A stretch of 64,000 nt of DNA, taken from the NCBI GenBank assembly GCA_963833125.1, contig CAWHWX010000016.1, positions 352,001 through 416,000 of the forward strand. The letters run 5' to 3'. Each line of letters begins with the position of its first letter. The first letter of the stretch is position 1. This document shows, piece by piece, positions 10,866 through 20,659 of the stretch. Source of the DNA: Candidatus Bathyarchaeota archaeon. GTDB lineage: Archaea; Thermoproteota; Bathyarchaeia; 40CM-2-53-6. The translations under genes and the position numbers were made by a program. Under the pieces are notes generated by a model. It made no database searches. It saw only the letters and a list, made by a program, of their open reading frames with translations, and was not told the DNA's origin.

Positions 10866-11543
10866 TTGGAAAGCGCGAAGTCGAAGCCATGTAGTTTGAA
10901 GGGGTTACAGTGTATTATCCTGATTCTCTCTGCGGGTGTAATCGGATCCCTCGGAGTATATCTTGGAACCCAGAATCATGGCTATGGCTCAAGTCTCCCG
11001 CAAGCTAGTGCTGCCTCATCTTCTCAGCAGTCAGGCACGTTTAGGCTAACCCTACTTGAAATCATGGACACAGAGTGGAATTCCTCAATGGCCCAACCCG
11101 AGTTCGAAATACTTGGACCTAATGGAACACAATCAGCAGCTCACATATTCCTTCCCGCTCACACACTGATCCAGCTAACAATTGTTTCTTACGATACGCC
11201 AACGGCGGGCAGTACAGACATGGAAGGCAAAGTAACTGGAACAGTCGGAGGCACAGTATACTTAGTCAACGGCACAAGCGCCTCCGGAATGGACGTTAGC
11301 GAGCACTGGGGGCAAAATGTTTCATCGGTTCCCGGAGCAATGCTTGCACACACATTCTCGATTCCCCAATTGGGAATCAATATTCCGGTTGTTGGAGGTA
11401 ACTTGGAGGTAGCGTACCTATCTCTTGACCAGACCGGGACGTTTCAGTGGATCTGTTTGACACCCTGCGGCTTCGGCGCCACTGGAATGCAAGGGGCAAT
11501 GTCCGAACCCGGCTGGATGGAAGGGCAAGTAACAGTATATTGA
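10866..11543 (+). CDS. Membrane-anchored cupredoxin-fold protein
   Basis: N-terminal TM; HTFSIP...GTFQWICLTPCG...M...WMEG C-terminus. Confidence 0.7.
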   Translation: MESAKSKPCSLKGLQCIILILSAGVIGSLGVYLGTQNHGYGSSLPQASAASSSQQSGTFRLTLLEIMDTEWNSSMAQPEFEILGPNGTQSAAHIFLPAHTLIQLTIVSYDTPTAGSTDMEGKVTGTVGGTVYLVNGTSASGMDVSEHWGQNVSSVPGAMLAHTFSIPQLGINIPVVGGNLEVAYLSLDQTGTFQWICLTPCGFGATGMQGAMSEPGWMEGQVTVY

Positions 11544-11573
11544 GGCAGATGCTTAGAAGGATCACCTGTCAAC

Positions 11574-12302
11574 ATGAAGAAGAGCAATGCCCTCGCAATC
11601 CTGTTAGTTGCGATAGGTCTCGGAAGTTTAATTGTCGCAGTGACCTACTCGGCGTTTGTGCCTACGCTTACCTCGCACTAAAGCAACGGGTTCGGGAATC
11701 AAGTTGTGATAGGGCCGTCGTCTCAGCCACTCCAAACATCTTCAAACACTCAGATGACCTTAGAGCAAGCAAAGACGATCGCACAGCAATACCTCGCGTT
11801 AACCAGGAATTCTAACTTGGCTGTTAAGGAGATAATGGAATTTCAGTACAACTTCTACGTGATGTACTATGAGAAGGACACTGGCCGAGGTGCGTTCGAG
11901 ATGCTCATCTGGAAACAGACTCCTGCATATGGTATGATCGGTGGAAGTATGATGGGCGGATATGTTCGGCTCGGCGTCATGATGCCTGAGCCTGGCCCAA
12001 ACATGATGTGGAACACAAAATACAGTACCGTAAGCAACGGAATGATGGGCTTCTACGGTAACCAATGGTCCTCTACAATGCAAGTCCCGCAGGACGAGGC
12101 CGCGCAGATCGCGCAAACATACTTAACCTCAAACGTCGCCAACGCAAATGTCGAGATGGGAACAGAATTCTACGGTTACTACACTTTTGATTTCACAATT
12201 AACGGAAGAATTGCTGGAATGCTGAGCGTTAACGGCATTACGGGGCAGGTTTGGTATCATTCCTGGCATGGTGACTTCATACAGGAAGTCAAATTCACGT
12301 AG
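11574..12302 (+). CDS. Met-rich exported PepSY-like protein; frameshift near 11680
   Basis: Signal anchor MKKSNALAILL from ATG 11574; EPGPNMMWNTKY, FYGYYT and VWYHSWHG. Confidence 0.6.
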
Positions 12303-12321
12303 ACAAAGGAGAAATCAAAAG

Positions 12322-12810
12322 ATGACAGCAGAAGAGAAACCTACCGTCGCTTTCGTCCTCTCACTGATTGGGGGCATCTTCATTCTGGTTGGGGGAGGAA
12401 TGATGTCAATGATGGGGGGCTTCGGGTTTGGCGGGATGATGAGTGGCTACTCAGGGTACGGAGGAATGATGAACGGCTATTCAGGATATGGAGGATACGG
12501 CGGGAATGGATGGTATGGTGGGATGATGGGTCGCTACTTGTCCAGTCCGGCGTTCGGAATGATGGGAGGATACGGCTTCGGCGGAATATTTGGTCTCGTG
12601 GGCATAGTATTCGGGATAGTGGTCTTGGTTAGTGCAGTCATGCTCTACAATAAGCCAAGCGAACGCTCGAAGTGGGGTCTACTAATCCTAATCTTCTCGG
12701 TACTGAGTGTGTTCGGGAGTGCGATGGCAGGCTTCGGAGTAGGCTTGATACTTGGGGTTCTCGGTGGAATATTCGCTTTGACTTGGAAGCCATCAACATC
12801 GAAAGTTTGA
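12322..12810 (+). CDS. Gly/Met/Tyr-rich membrane protein
   Basis: 3-4 TM helices and a GGMMxGYSGY repeat loop. Confidence 0.65.
   Translation: MTAEEKPTVAFVLSLIGGIFILVGGGMMSMMGGFGFGGMMSGYSGYGGMMNGYSGYGGYGGNGWYGGMMGRYLSSPAFGMMGGYGFGGIFGLVGIVFGIVVLVSAVMLYNKPSERSKWGLLILIFSVLSVFGSAMAGFGVGLILGVLGGIFALTWKPSTSKV
12430..12489 (+). repeat. Coding 30-bp tandem repeat x2 (GGMMSGYSGY/GGMMNGYSGY)
   Basis: Seen in both DNA and protein. Confidence 0.7.
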
Positions 12811-12863
12811 CTTGGAAGCTTCAGTGTGGGGATGGTTATTTACGACTAAGGTGAGCAGAATGA

Positions 12864-14057
12864 ATGACCGGTTTTCAGGAATTTGCTTTAAATGTACATG
12901 ATATGCGGATAGTCGGAATCATGTTGCCCACTAGAACGAGACGAAGAAGTAAACAGTCCATCGTTGCCCTTGCTTTGTTAGGAGTCTTGTGCGTAGCCGT
13001 TGTGATTGGGTGGGGCGGATCGGGAGTTGTAAAGGCTCAAGGTAGTTTCGTAAACTTGACATCCTATCGGGTGAGTGCCGCCCCGAATTATACTGCTCCT
13101 GGAAGTGAGCCTTTTTGGAATGGAATAAGTTGGACTGATGTGCCGTTAAGTGCATCCGTTTCACCCGGAGGTGGGCATACCACGGATGTCCTCGTGAAAT
13201 CTGCTAATGACGGTTTCAAGATCTATGTTCTATTCAGGTGGAATGACTCAGTCGGACCCTCGTTTGGCTCATCGACGGAAATTTACGCTCTTCCGAATGG
13301 CACGTTGCTTCCGCTCAACCCAACAACTACCGCGAATGTGACGCAATTGGTCTACAACTCAACCTACTATTATCCAGATAGAGCCGCCATGCTCTGGTTC
13401 TTGCAAACCCCTTCAACGCGACAGCAATCGCCGGTCATGGTTCTGGGTTCAAATGGCGCGATTACTGGTGGGGCCGCGGACATCTGGCATTGGCAATCGG
13501 TACCGACAGATAATAATGCCAAGGACACCTCGTTTCCGGGAGGCTACACGGATCCCTCAGGGTCCCCAATCTTCCCCCACAATAATGAGTCATTTGCGGA
13601 AGATGACTTTACGAACACGACCGGGTTCTACACGATTGGAGGTAGCTTTGGTGCTGCCACACCGAACCTCGATCCCTACGCCGACCCCTATGTCGTACAT
13701 GTTGGAAACTACTTCTCTGACTCAAACAAGACATGGACCGTTGAAATGGCACGAAGCTTCACGATATCGGATGCGTCTCAGTACAGGGTGCAGCTTGCAA
13801 CAGGGTCAAGCTACTACGTCGCTTTTGCCGTTTGGAACGGGGCACTGGGAGAATCTTCACACATAAAATCTGTATCGCAATGGTATACGCTAACGGTCAG
13901 CGATCAACCACCGCCATCTCCCATTCTGACCGTTACGCCTAGCGGAACTAGCGGGATTTCACCGACTCTTGCGGTCGTCGTCGGAATCGGGCTCCTACTT
14001 GTCGGGATAATCATCGGAACTGTTGTGCGCCCGAAACCGAGAGAAAGCACGGTGTAG
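12864..14057 (+). CDS. DOMON/ethylbenzene-dehydrogenase-type heme b protein (CbsA-like), membrane anchored
   Basis: YVLFRWND, DRAAMLW, DIWHW, WTVEMARS, AFAVWNG and KSVSQWY; first gene of the Rieske-cytochrome b cluster. Confidence 0.75.
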   Translation: MTGFQEFALNVHDMRIVGIMLPTRTRRRSKQSIVALALLGVLCVAVVIGWGGSGVVKAQGSFVNLTSYRVSAAPNYTAPGSEPFWNGISWTDVPLSASVSPGGGHTTDVLVKSANDGFKIYVLFRWNDSVGPSFGSSTEIYALPNGTLLPLNPTTTANVTQLVYNSTYYYPDRAAMLWFLQTPSTRQQSPVMVLGSNGAITGGAADIWHWQSVPTDNNAKDTSFPGGYTDPSGSPIFPHNNESFAEDDFTNTTGFYTIGGSFGAATPNLDPYADPYVVHVGNYFSDSNKTWTVEMARSFTISDASQYRVQLATGSSYYVAFAVWNGALGESSHIKSVSQWYTLTVSDQPPPSPILTVTPSGTSGISPTLAVVVGIGLLLVGIIIGTVVRPKPRESTV

Positions 14058-14060
14058 ACT

Positions 14061-14711
14061 ATGGCCGGAAAGAGTACCGAAGACTCTGGATCGGGTAGAA
14101 AGAAGGAATCGAAGCGAAATTTTCTAAAATTTGCGATGGCATTTTCAACGTTACTTGCAGTTGGCGGAGTCGCCGCAGTCCTCAAGTCCATTACGAATCC
14201 CGGTCCCTCCACCGCAGCTACAACGGGGTCGTCAGGGTCGAAGCAATTTCCAAGGGTGAAGATTGCTCAACTAAATGATCTAACCATCGGTCAGCCAGTA
14301 GCTTTCAACTATCCGCTCGACAATGAACCCAATATTCTGGTTAAGTTGGGGACAAAGGCCGATGGAGGCGTCGGTCCAGACGAAGACATTGTAGCTTTCA
14401 GCAACATATGTCAACACCTAGGATGCATTTACGGATTCCAAGCGACCGGCACTTCGCCCGCCTGTAACCCCGCATACAAGGCGGATCGCCCAGTAGGATA
14501 TTGCTGCTGTCACGGAAGCGTATTTGATCTCACGAACAAGGCCAATGTAATTGCGGGGCCGTCACCGAGGCCCCAACCTCAGGTGTTATTGGAGGTTGAT
14601 ACTTCAGGTAATATTTTCGCGACTGGCATGGGACCCCCAACAATTTTCGGTCATAACACCGGCTCAAACGATGTATCCGGTGACCTGCAAGGTGGAATTC
14701 CAGTAGGTTAA
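14061..14711 (+). CDS. Rieske [2Fe-2S] protein (SoxL-like)
   Basis: CQHLGC and CCCHGS boxes, GPSPRP, TAT-like SKRNFLK anchor. Confidence 0.93.
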   Translation: MAGKSTEDSGSGRKKESKRNFLKFAMAFSTLLAVGGVAAVLKSITNPGPSTAATTGSSGSKQFPRVKIAQLNDLTIGQPVAFNYPLDNEPNILVKLGTKADGGVGPDEDIVAFSNICQHLGCIYGFQATGTSPACNPAYKADRPVGYCCCHGSVFDLTNKANVIAGPSPRPQPQVLLEVDTSGNIFATGMGPPTIFGHNTGSNDVSGDLQGGIPVG

Positions 14712-14717
14712 TCCACA

Positions 14718-16196
14718 GTGACTGAAACAAGCGGACGATGGACGCGGCTCGCTGCCTGGCTCGATGCGCGACTAGGCTTAACCTATCCTCTACTCAGGCC
14801 CGCGCCGATGTATTCCATGAACCCATTCTACTGGCTCGGCGCACTAACCGTCGTCGCCTTTTTGATTCAAGGCGTCACTGGGATCATGATGATGCTATAC
14901 TATACGCCAAGCCCTACCGACGCTTTCAGTTCCACTCAATACATTTTTCAAAGCGTGTATTATGGGAGATTCCTTCAAACCGTGCATCTTTACACCGCGT
15001 ACGCTATGATCATGCTTGCCTTCATGCACATGATGCGCGGCTACTTTGTCTCTGTTTACAAGAAACCGAGGGAGTTGATGTGGATTGTCGGCATGGTGAT
15101 GGGGTTTGTTACCTTAGGTTTCGGGTTTACCGGATATCTGCTGCCATGGACCGTTGTCTCCAAGTCTGCGACTGATGTTGGAGTAGGCATCATCGATGCC
15201 CTCCCCGGCTCAATCTCTTCTTTCCTTAGCTTCGTAATCGTAGGAGCTGGCGGCGACGCAACGGAACTTCTCAGATTCTACGATTTGCACGTCGTAGTTC
15301 TGCCAGCTGTCCTATTGATTCTTCTTACAGTGAAAATGTACATGCTTGAGGCTCACGGAGTAGCCGAACCTACCACCGGTTCTCCAATCGAACAGAGAGC
15401 CAGCCGTAGTCTTCCAATATTCCCCGACGTCACGATCTACCTACTCGGCCTTGCAGCCATGTTCGGCAGCGCGATGCTTCTGATCTCCGTAATCTTCCCA
15501 TTGAGCCTACCTCCAATGTACTCCCCTCAACTCGTGGCCCAGTTCACCGCACAGCCAGACTGGTACTTCCTCTGGATATACCAGATTCTGAAGATCTCGG
15601 CCTTCGAAGGATCGGGTTTGCCAGTAGCCTTAGGGGTGGTCACTCTCCTTTTTGTGGTGTTAATTGCTCTTCCTTTCATAGACCGAAGTCCATCTAGGCG
15701 AATAGCTCAGAGGCCAGTATTCGTAACGTTAGGCTTAATCTTCATCGCAGAAATCTTCGTGCTCGCTTACTGGGGTCTAGAATCTCCGGGGCAAGTGATC
15801 CCAACGGATGAAGCGGCCATGATACTTGGGGCCATCGCGCTTTTGGTTGGTACCTCATCGTTCGCACTCTACTCTATTACCGGAGGGAGAGGTGCGAAAT
15901 CAGACTCGGACAAAGGTTCGAAAACAAAAGGAAAGTTCCGGACTGCGCTGGCATTTGTACTTCTCCTTTCAGGTGGAGCCCTAGCCATTGGCGCCTCCTT
16001 GAACGCTATGGTGCGCGTAGTCTTGTATGGAGCGAGCGCATCAAGCTTTATTCAACTTGGCTTATCAGCTGGCTTCTTGGCCATCGTAGTTTTCTCCACG
16101 GTATTTTTCATGTATCGAATAGAGTCGTCCGGAAATTCGCTCAAGCGAAGATTCGGCTGGCTTAAAATCGGAGGGTCAACAAATGATTCCCATTAG
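14718..16196 (+). CDS. Cytochrome b of a Rieske/cytochrome b complex (SoxN/PetB+D-like)
   Basis: H..H pair in helix B, FTGYLLPW, PDWY Qo motif, LPFID and extra C-terminal TMs. Confidence 0.93.
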   Translation: MTETSGRWTRLAAWLDARLGLTYPLLRPAPMYSMNPFYWLGALTVVAFLIQGVTGIMMMLYYTPSPTDAFSSTQYIFQSVYYGRFLQTVHLYTAYAMIMLAFMHMMRGYFVSVYKKPRELMWIVGMVMGFVTLGFGFTGYLLPWTVVSKSATDVGVGIIDALPGSISSFLSFVIVGAGGDATELLRFYDLHVVVLPAVLLILLTVKMYMLEAHGVAEPTTGSPIEQRASRSLPIFPDVTIYLLGLAAMFGSAMLLISVIFPLSLPPMYSPQLVAQFTAQPDWYFLWIYQILKISAFEGSGLPVALGVVTLLFVVLIALPFIDRSPSRRIAQRPVFVTLGLIFIAEIFVLAYWGLESPGQVIPTDEAAMILGAIALLVGTSSFALYSITGGRGAKSDSDKGSKTKGKFRTALAFVLLLSGGALAIGASLNAMVRVVLYGASASSFIQLGLSAGFLAIVVFSTVFFMYRIESSGNSLKRRFGWLKIGGSTNDSH

Positions 16197-16443
16197 AAGA
16201 GTTGTAGCGCTTCTTCTTGCGCTTCAAGTTGTCTCGACTGGATATTTGTGGATTGGAAATATTTTTGGGAGTTTGAGCGAGGGCACGTTCGCCGTATTTC
16301 TCGCAGCTAATCTATTGTCATTCTCAATTGTCACTTACGTATACACACACGATAAGTGGGGAGAGAGCATTACCCGGGGCTGGATGCTCGCGGGTTCACT
16401 TGGCTTGATAATTCTACTCTTATCCAGCCTCTACTTCCATTAG
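16183..16443 (+). CDS. Small 3-TM protein, probable accessory subunit
   Basis: Overlaps the cytochrome b stop; hydrophobic. Confidence 0.6.
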   Translation: MIPIRRVVALLLALQVVSTGYLWIGNIFGSLSEGTFAVFLAANLLSFSIVTYVYTHDKWGESITRGWMLAGSLGLIILLLSSLYFH

Positions 16444-16603
16444 AACTGCCCTCAGAGCACCACAAGCCAATCACCTGTGAATCTATACCGCTACAAGCTA
16501 CTTATGCTGCTTCAATCCAGGTCCGGATGTATGATATAATCCTCAATATCGCCGCGCTACAGTATGAGTAAGCAATGGCGATGATTACGAGGAATTAATT
16601 GCA

Positions 16604-17263
16604 ATGCACATGAGACTTTGGGCCGCGGAAGGATTCCTCGGATCCGCAGTTGCTCTACTACTTACATACCTCCTCGTAGAGCCTGAGACTTTTGCGTCGC
16701 GTTACGCGAGTGTCATCGGATGGAGCACCATCACGGTATTTCTGATACTTATCGTCCAGGGATTTTGGGTCCGGAAGAGACATTCGAAAATTATCGACGA
16801 ATTGAATGGTAACGCCCATACCCCATACCGGACGGCGCTCTTCAAATGGGGGGGCATGCACTCTGCAATGTCGATCGTCGCTACCGTGTTCCTAATCATA
16901 CATGGATTCCTGTTTCTTCCTAGCCTCTTCGAACCAAGCCTTGCACTCTGGCTGGGTGCCTTGGCGTTCGCAATTCTACTTATCTTGAACTTATCCGGGC
17001 TCCTTACGGAATCTGCAAGGAAGTCGCGAAACTTCGGCCGACATAAGAAAATGCATGTCTGGTTAATGCTAATGGTCATAATTCTCATAGTCATTCATGT
17101 GGAAGGCACCGTGCCTTTCCTGACCTTTCGTTCCATCCTGCCGGGCTTGATAGTGGGTTTGGCTGCCTTTGTCTCTTTGAGCGTTATCATTCCATTGACG
17201 ATTCAGATTGGTCGGGATCGACGAGATCGTAACGTCGGGTCGCGGGTTAACCTCTCATCCTGA
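16604..17263 (+). CDS. Ferric-reductase-like transmembrane protein (putative di-heme b)
   Basis: Two TM helices each carry a His pair (MHSAM...IIHG; MHVWL...VIHV). Confidence 0.55.
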   Translation: MHMRLWAAEGFLGSAVALLLTYLLVEPETFASRYASVIGWSTITVFLILIVQGFWVRKRHSKIIDELNGNAHTPYRTALFKWGGMHSAMSIVATVFLIIHGFLFLPSLFEPSLALWLGALAFAILLILNLSGLLTESARKSRNFGRHKKMHVWLMLMVIILIVIHVEGTVPFLTFRSILPGLIVGLAAFVSLSVIIPLTIQIGRDRRDRNVGSRVNLSS

Positions 17264-17287
17264 GAACTCATTCTGCTCTAAGAGAAA

Positions 17288-17680
17288 CTAAAGCACGATT
17301 AACTGCACGCTTTTCATTTGGGGTTCTTTCTGGAATGCTTTGGTCATAGAGCCAACCTTCTTCCCCTCGCCCTCAAGAAGAAAGAGTTCTAGGCAGCTCC
17401 CAGGTTTGATCTTGCTGTGAATGTGGGTCTTCACAATGCTTTCGAACTCATGCTTCAGGCGTGTGATAGGTTCTTCGTTTTCTTGGTTGTGAGTCACAGT
17501 TACCACCGCGGCCACGGTGCCCGCAAGTGAGTCCTTTTCCTTATTGTCCTCCAACATTAACCGGATTGCTGCCCTGACGAGTTCCGATCTGCCAGTAAAG
17601 CCTTGAGATTTCTGCAGCTGATCCATTTCCTTAATCATCTGCTCAGGAAAAGAAAGGCTGATTATTGCCATAGATCTCAC
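17288..17680 (-). CDS. NikR-family ribbon-helix-helix metalloregulator
   Basis: IISLSFP..GFTGRSELVRAAIR N-terminus; KH..THIH..CLELF metal site. Confidence 0.85.
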   Translation of the reverse strand: MRSMAIISLSFPEQMIKEMDQLQKSQGFTGRSELVRAAIRLMLEDNKEKDSLAGTVAAVVTVTHNQENEEPITRLKHEFESIVKTHIHSKIKPGSCLELFLLEGEGKKVGSMTKAFQKEPQMKSVQLIVL

Positions 17681-17684
17681 TCAA

Positions 17685-17724
17685 TTAACAACAATCAAGC
17701 ATTCGACTCGTGAATGTTATTAAC
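17685..17724. promoter_or_regulatory. Candidate operator upstream of the NikR-like gene
   Basis: Minus strand GTTAATAAC-N23-GTTGTTAA, same architecture as upstream of znuA. Confidence 0.5.
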
Positions 17725-17791
17725 TTGGCTTCAGAGCTAGGATCCCATCGAATTGTCCCATTTCAACAAGCGACTTTTGTTTCAGGCGGCA

Positions 17792-18661
17792 TTAGGGAGC
17801 ATTTTGAAGACTAAGCTGACTAACTTTCAAAGGTCTAATCCTTCGATAAACGAATCTGACAAGCAGGTAAAGGACAAACACTATGCTTGTTATGAAGAAA
17901 CTCACTGGATACGGTTCATAAAACGCAATGAAGAGCCCTAGCCAGGTTGCCATTAGAGCAATGGCTACGGATATTATGACGACATGGTGTGGTCGTTTTG
18001 CTAGTTGCTGAGCTATTGCTGCGGGTGTGACCATTAACGAGAAAATGAGAAGAACTCCAACTACTTGAACAGCAATCGATGTCGCAACCGCTACGAGAAT
18101 CATGAAAATTATGCCGAGCAGAAACGTTGGTATACCCTTTGCTTCGGCCACATCTTCATCAAGTGATGCGAATAGAAGCGGCCGATATACAACCGCGATT
18201 ACGGCTAATATTATCAAAGCGGCTACTAGGGTGACAAGGACATCGCTGTTGCTTATGCCGAGTATTTCTCCGAACAGGATTGAGTACGCTTCGGTCGCGT
18301 AACCGGTATAGAGGCTGATGAATAACACGCCGATGCCAAGCATGAATGCGAGGACTGTCCCAATATGAACGTCACGTTGTGCGGCGCGAGGACTAAGGGC
18401 AGCCATCATTGAGCCACCGACGGTTGTGAACAGTAACAGACCATATACGGGGCTGATGCCAAACAATACAGCTCCTGCGGCTCCTGCGAAACCTATGTGG
18501 GAAAGGGCGTGCGCTGCAAACGAAGATCGACGCAGCACCACAAAGTAGCCGACGATGCCTGCGATGATTGCGACTACTGTTCCGGCCTCGAAGGCGTGCT
18601 GCATAAACTGATACTGAAACATCTGTTGAAGGGCGGCGATCAAATCGATACTGAATGTCAT
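17792..18661 (-). CDS. Zn/Mn ABC transporter permease (ZnuB-like)
   Basis: ALSHIGFAG, LFGEILGI and VGVLLIFSLMVTPA. Confidence 0.92.
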   Translation of the reverse strand: MTFSIDLIAALQQMFQYQFMQHAFEAGTVVAIIAGIVGYFVVLRRSSFAAHALSHIGFAGAAGAVLFGISPVYGLLLFTTVGGSMMAALSPRAAQRDVHIGTVLAFMLGIGVLFISLYTGYATEAYSILFGEILGISNSDVLVTLVAALIILAVIAVVYRPLLFASLDEDVAEAKGIPTFLLGIIFMILVAVATSIAVQVVGVLLIFSLMVTPAAIAQQLAKRPHHVVIISVAIALMATWLGLFIAFYEPYPVSFFITSIVFVLYLLVRFVYRRIRPLKVSQLSLQNAP

Positions 18662-19497
18662 TACTCATCACCGTGGTGAAGAGGATGGTGATCCTCAATT
18701 CCTATGATCGCAATATTGCCCCGTGAATCATTGAGAACCTCGATTTGAACTCCGTATAGCGCCGAAAGGACCTCCGAAGTCAGAACTTCTTTCGGTTTAC
18801 CTGTGGCGACCTTGCCGTTTGCGATGTATATCACTTTGTCTAGGAACGGCAGAAGCGGGTTGATGTTGTGAGCTATCAGTAAGGCTGTCACATTACGGGA
18901 TCGAACTACGTTGTTGACAAGTTGAAGCAAATCTCTTTCACGCCTGATATCGAGATTCGCCAACGGCTCATCAAGCAACAATACGCTGGGGTTGCTGACT
19001 AATGCTTCCGCGAGAAATATTCTCTGAAGTTCTCCTCCCGACAAAGCATTCAATGATTGGTGGGCCAGGTCGGTGGCTCCGACCGCTTCCAATGCCACGA
19101 GAGCGGCTTTTCGCCCGGCTTTTGCAGATAAGTGGAAACCCCATTGGTGGCCGCAAAATGCCAAGTGCACTAATTCAAGGGATTCGACGTTGGTTTCACT
19201 GTCTATCAGGTGACGCTGAGGCACGTAACCGATTTGATGGTTTCCACGCTTTGGTTCAGCGTCAAATATCTTAATCGTTCCACTGGTGGGACGCTGCAAT
19301 CCGAGGAGCAAACGAAATAGAGTTGTCTTCCCAGCTCCATTAGGTCCGATTACAGCAACAAACTCTCCTCGATTGATAGTGAAATTTGCGTCTCGCCAAA
19401 CGATGTTGTCCTCGTAGCCGGCGACCAAGTTTTGAGCTGTTATGACATTAGACTGTACCGGAGTCGTGATGATTTCGGACTTGATGTGGCCATTCAA
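18661..19497 (-). CDS. Zn/Mn ABC transporter ATPase (ZnuC-like)
   Basis: GPNGAGKT, LSGGE and LLDEP; His-rich tail. Confidence 0.93.
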   Translation of the reverse strand: MNGHIKSEIITTPVQSNVITAQNLVAGYEDNIVWRDANFTINRGEFVAVIGPNGAGKTTLFRLLLGLQRPTSGTIKIFDAEPKRGNHQIGYVPQRHLIDSETNVESLELVHLAFCGHQWGFHLSAKAGRKAALVALEAVGATDLAHQSLNALSGGELQRIFLAEALVSNPSVLLLDEPLANLDIRRERDLLQLVNNVVRSRNVTALLIAHNINPLLPFLDKVIYIANGKVATGKPKEVLTSEVLSALYGVQIEVLNDSRGNIAIIGIEDHHPLHHGDE

Positions 19498-19533
19498 TAT
19501 GCTCCAAAAGTTTCATTCCGAGTTGAAGATCGA

Positions 19534-20521
19534 CTATTGTCCAAGAGCTTGTTGGTTGAGCGCGTTCTGAAGCTGGAGTAATTCGGCGTTCATCCACATT
19601 TGGAATTGCACGTCAGGTGGTTGAATGGTTTCCGTTACAGCGACGATCGGGATTCCCTTCTGAGCGGCCAGCGCTTTGATGCTTTGTGTGAGCGGGGTCA
19701 CTGTTTGTGCATTGTAGACTAGCACTTTCACACTTCCGTTCTGGAGCTGCTGCTCAAATTGGACAACGCTTTGTGCAGAGGGGTCGTTTCCTTCGGCAAC
19801 GGCCTCCATAAATTGAGGAGGAGAAATGAGGTCAAGACCTGTGGCGTTTGCTAGGTACTCAAAGATGCTCTCTGTAGATGCCACTTTCGTCCCTGCGAAC
19901 TGCTGCCTTATCTCGGCGATTCGCTCGATTGTATTCTCCAAGCGACGCATTCAAAGAAGCATACTGTTGGTTGTAGTACGCCGCATTGGTCGGATCTATC
20001 GAAAGAAGATCTGAATACATCGCATTTACCGTGTCATTCACATAGTAAGGGCTATACCAAAAGTGAGGATTAACTCCAGCAGCCGGTTGTCCGATGAGTT
20101 CTTGGACATTCAAAACCTTTTGATTTGGATTATTGCCTGCAGCGATCAGCCTTTCGGCCCAAGTGTCATATCCGGCGCCGTTGACAATTACCAAGCTTGC
20201 ATTTGCAACTGCTTGAGCATCTGCGCTGTTGCTTTCGTATTCATGGGGATCTGCGTTGGGGTCTGATACGATGCTGAACACATGTACGTGGGTTCCGCCG
20301 AGCTGAGATATCAGACTGCCCCAGAAATTTTCGGCAGCCACTATTTGCACGGTTGATGAGTGGCTCTGTGCTGCCGTAGTACTCGAGGTTGATGGTGGTC
20401 GGTTTGTGAAATATAATCCTGCGAATGCTGCTGCTAAGATTATTACAACCAAAACCCCAGCGATTAGATAGGTATTCTTTTGCATGTCCACTACTCCAAA
20501 CCAAGATACCGCACCAATCAA
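19534..20521 (-). CDS. Zn/Mn ABC substrate-binding protein (ZnuA-like); frameshift near 19930
   Basis: AAENFWG, DPHEYE and NPHFWY; likely start ATG near 20485. Confidence 0.9.
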
Positions 20522-20543
20522 AACTGGCTATTAAGCATATCCA

Positions 20544-20588
20544 AGTTATTAATAACTATACATTAGGGTTTTGTCGTTTGTTAATAAC
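20544..20588. promoter_or_regulatory. Candidate operator upstream of znuA
   Basis: Perfect 14-bp palindrome AGTTATTAATAACT (20544-20557) plus GTTAATAAC (20580-20588). Confidence 0.55.
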
Positions 20589-20659
20589 ACTTTATTTAGT
20601 GACTATGCCTGTTCAACTACGTTTTTCAATGGATTCCTGCTCAGACTAGAAGAGGATCA

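Noticed and set aside
14500-14520. CCCH as a c-type heme motif
   Set aside because: It is Rieske box II, not CxxCH.
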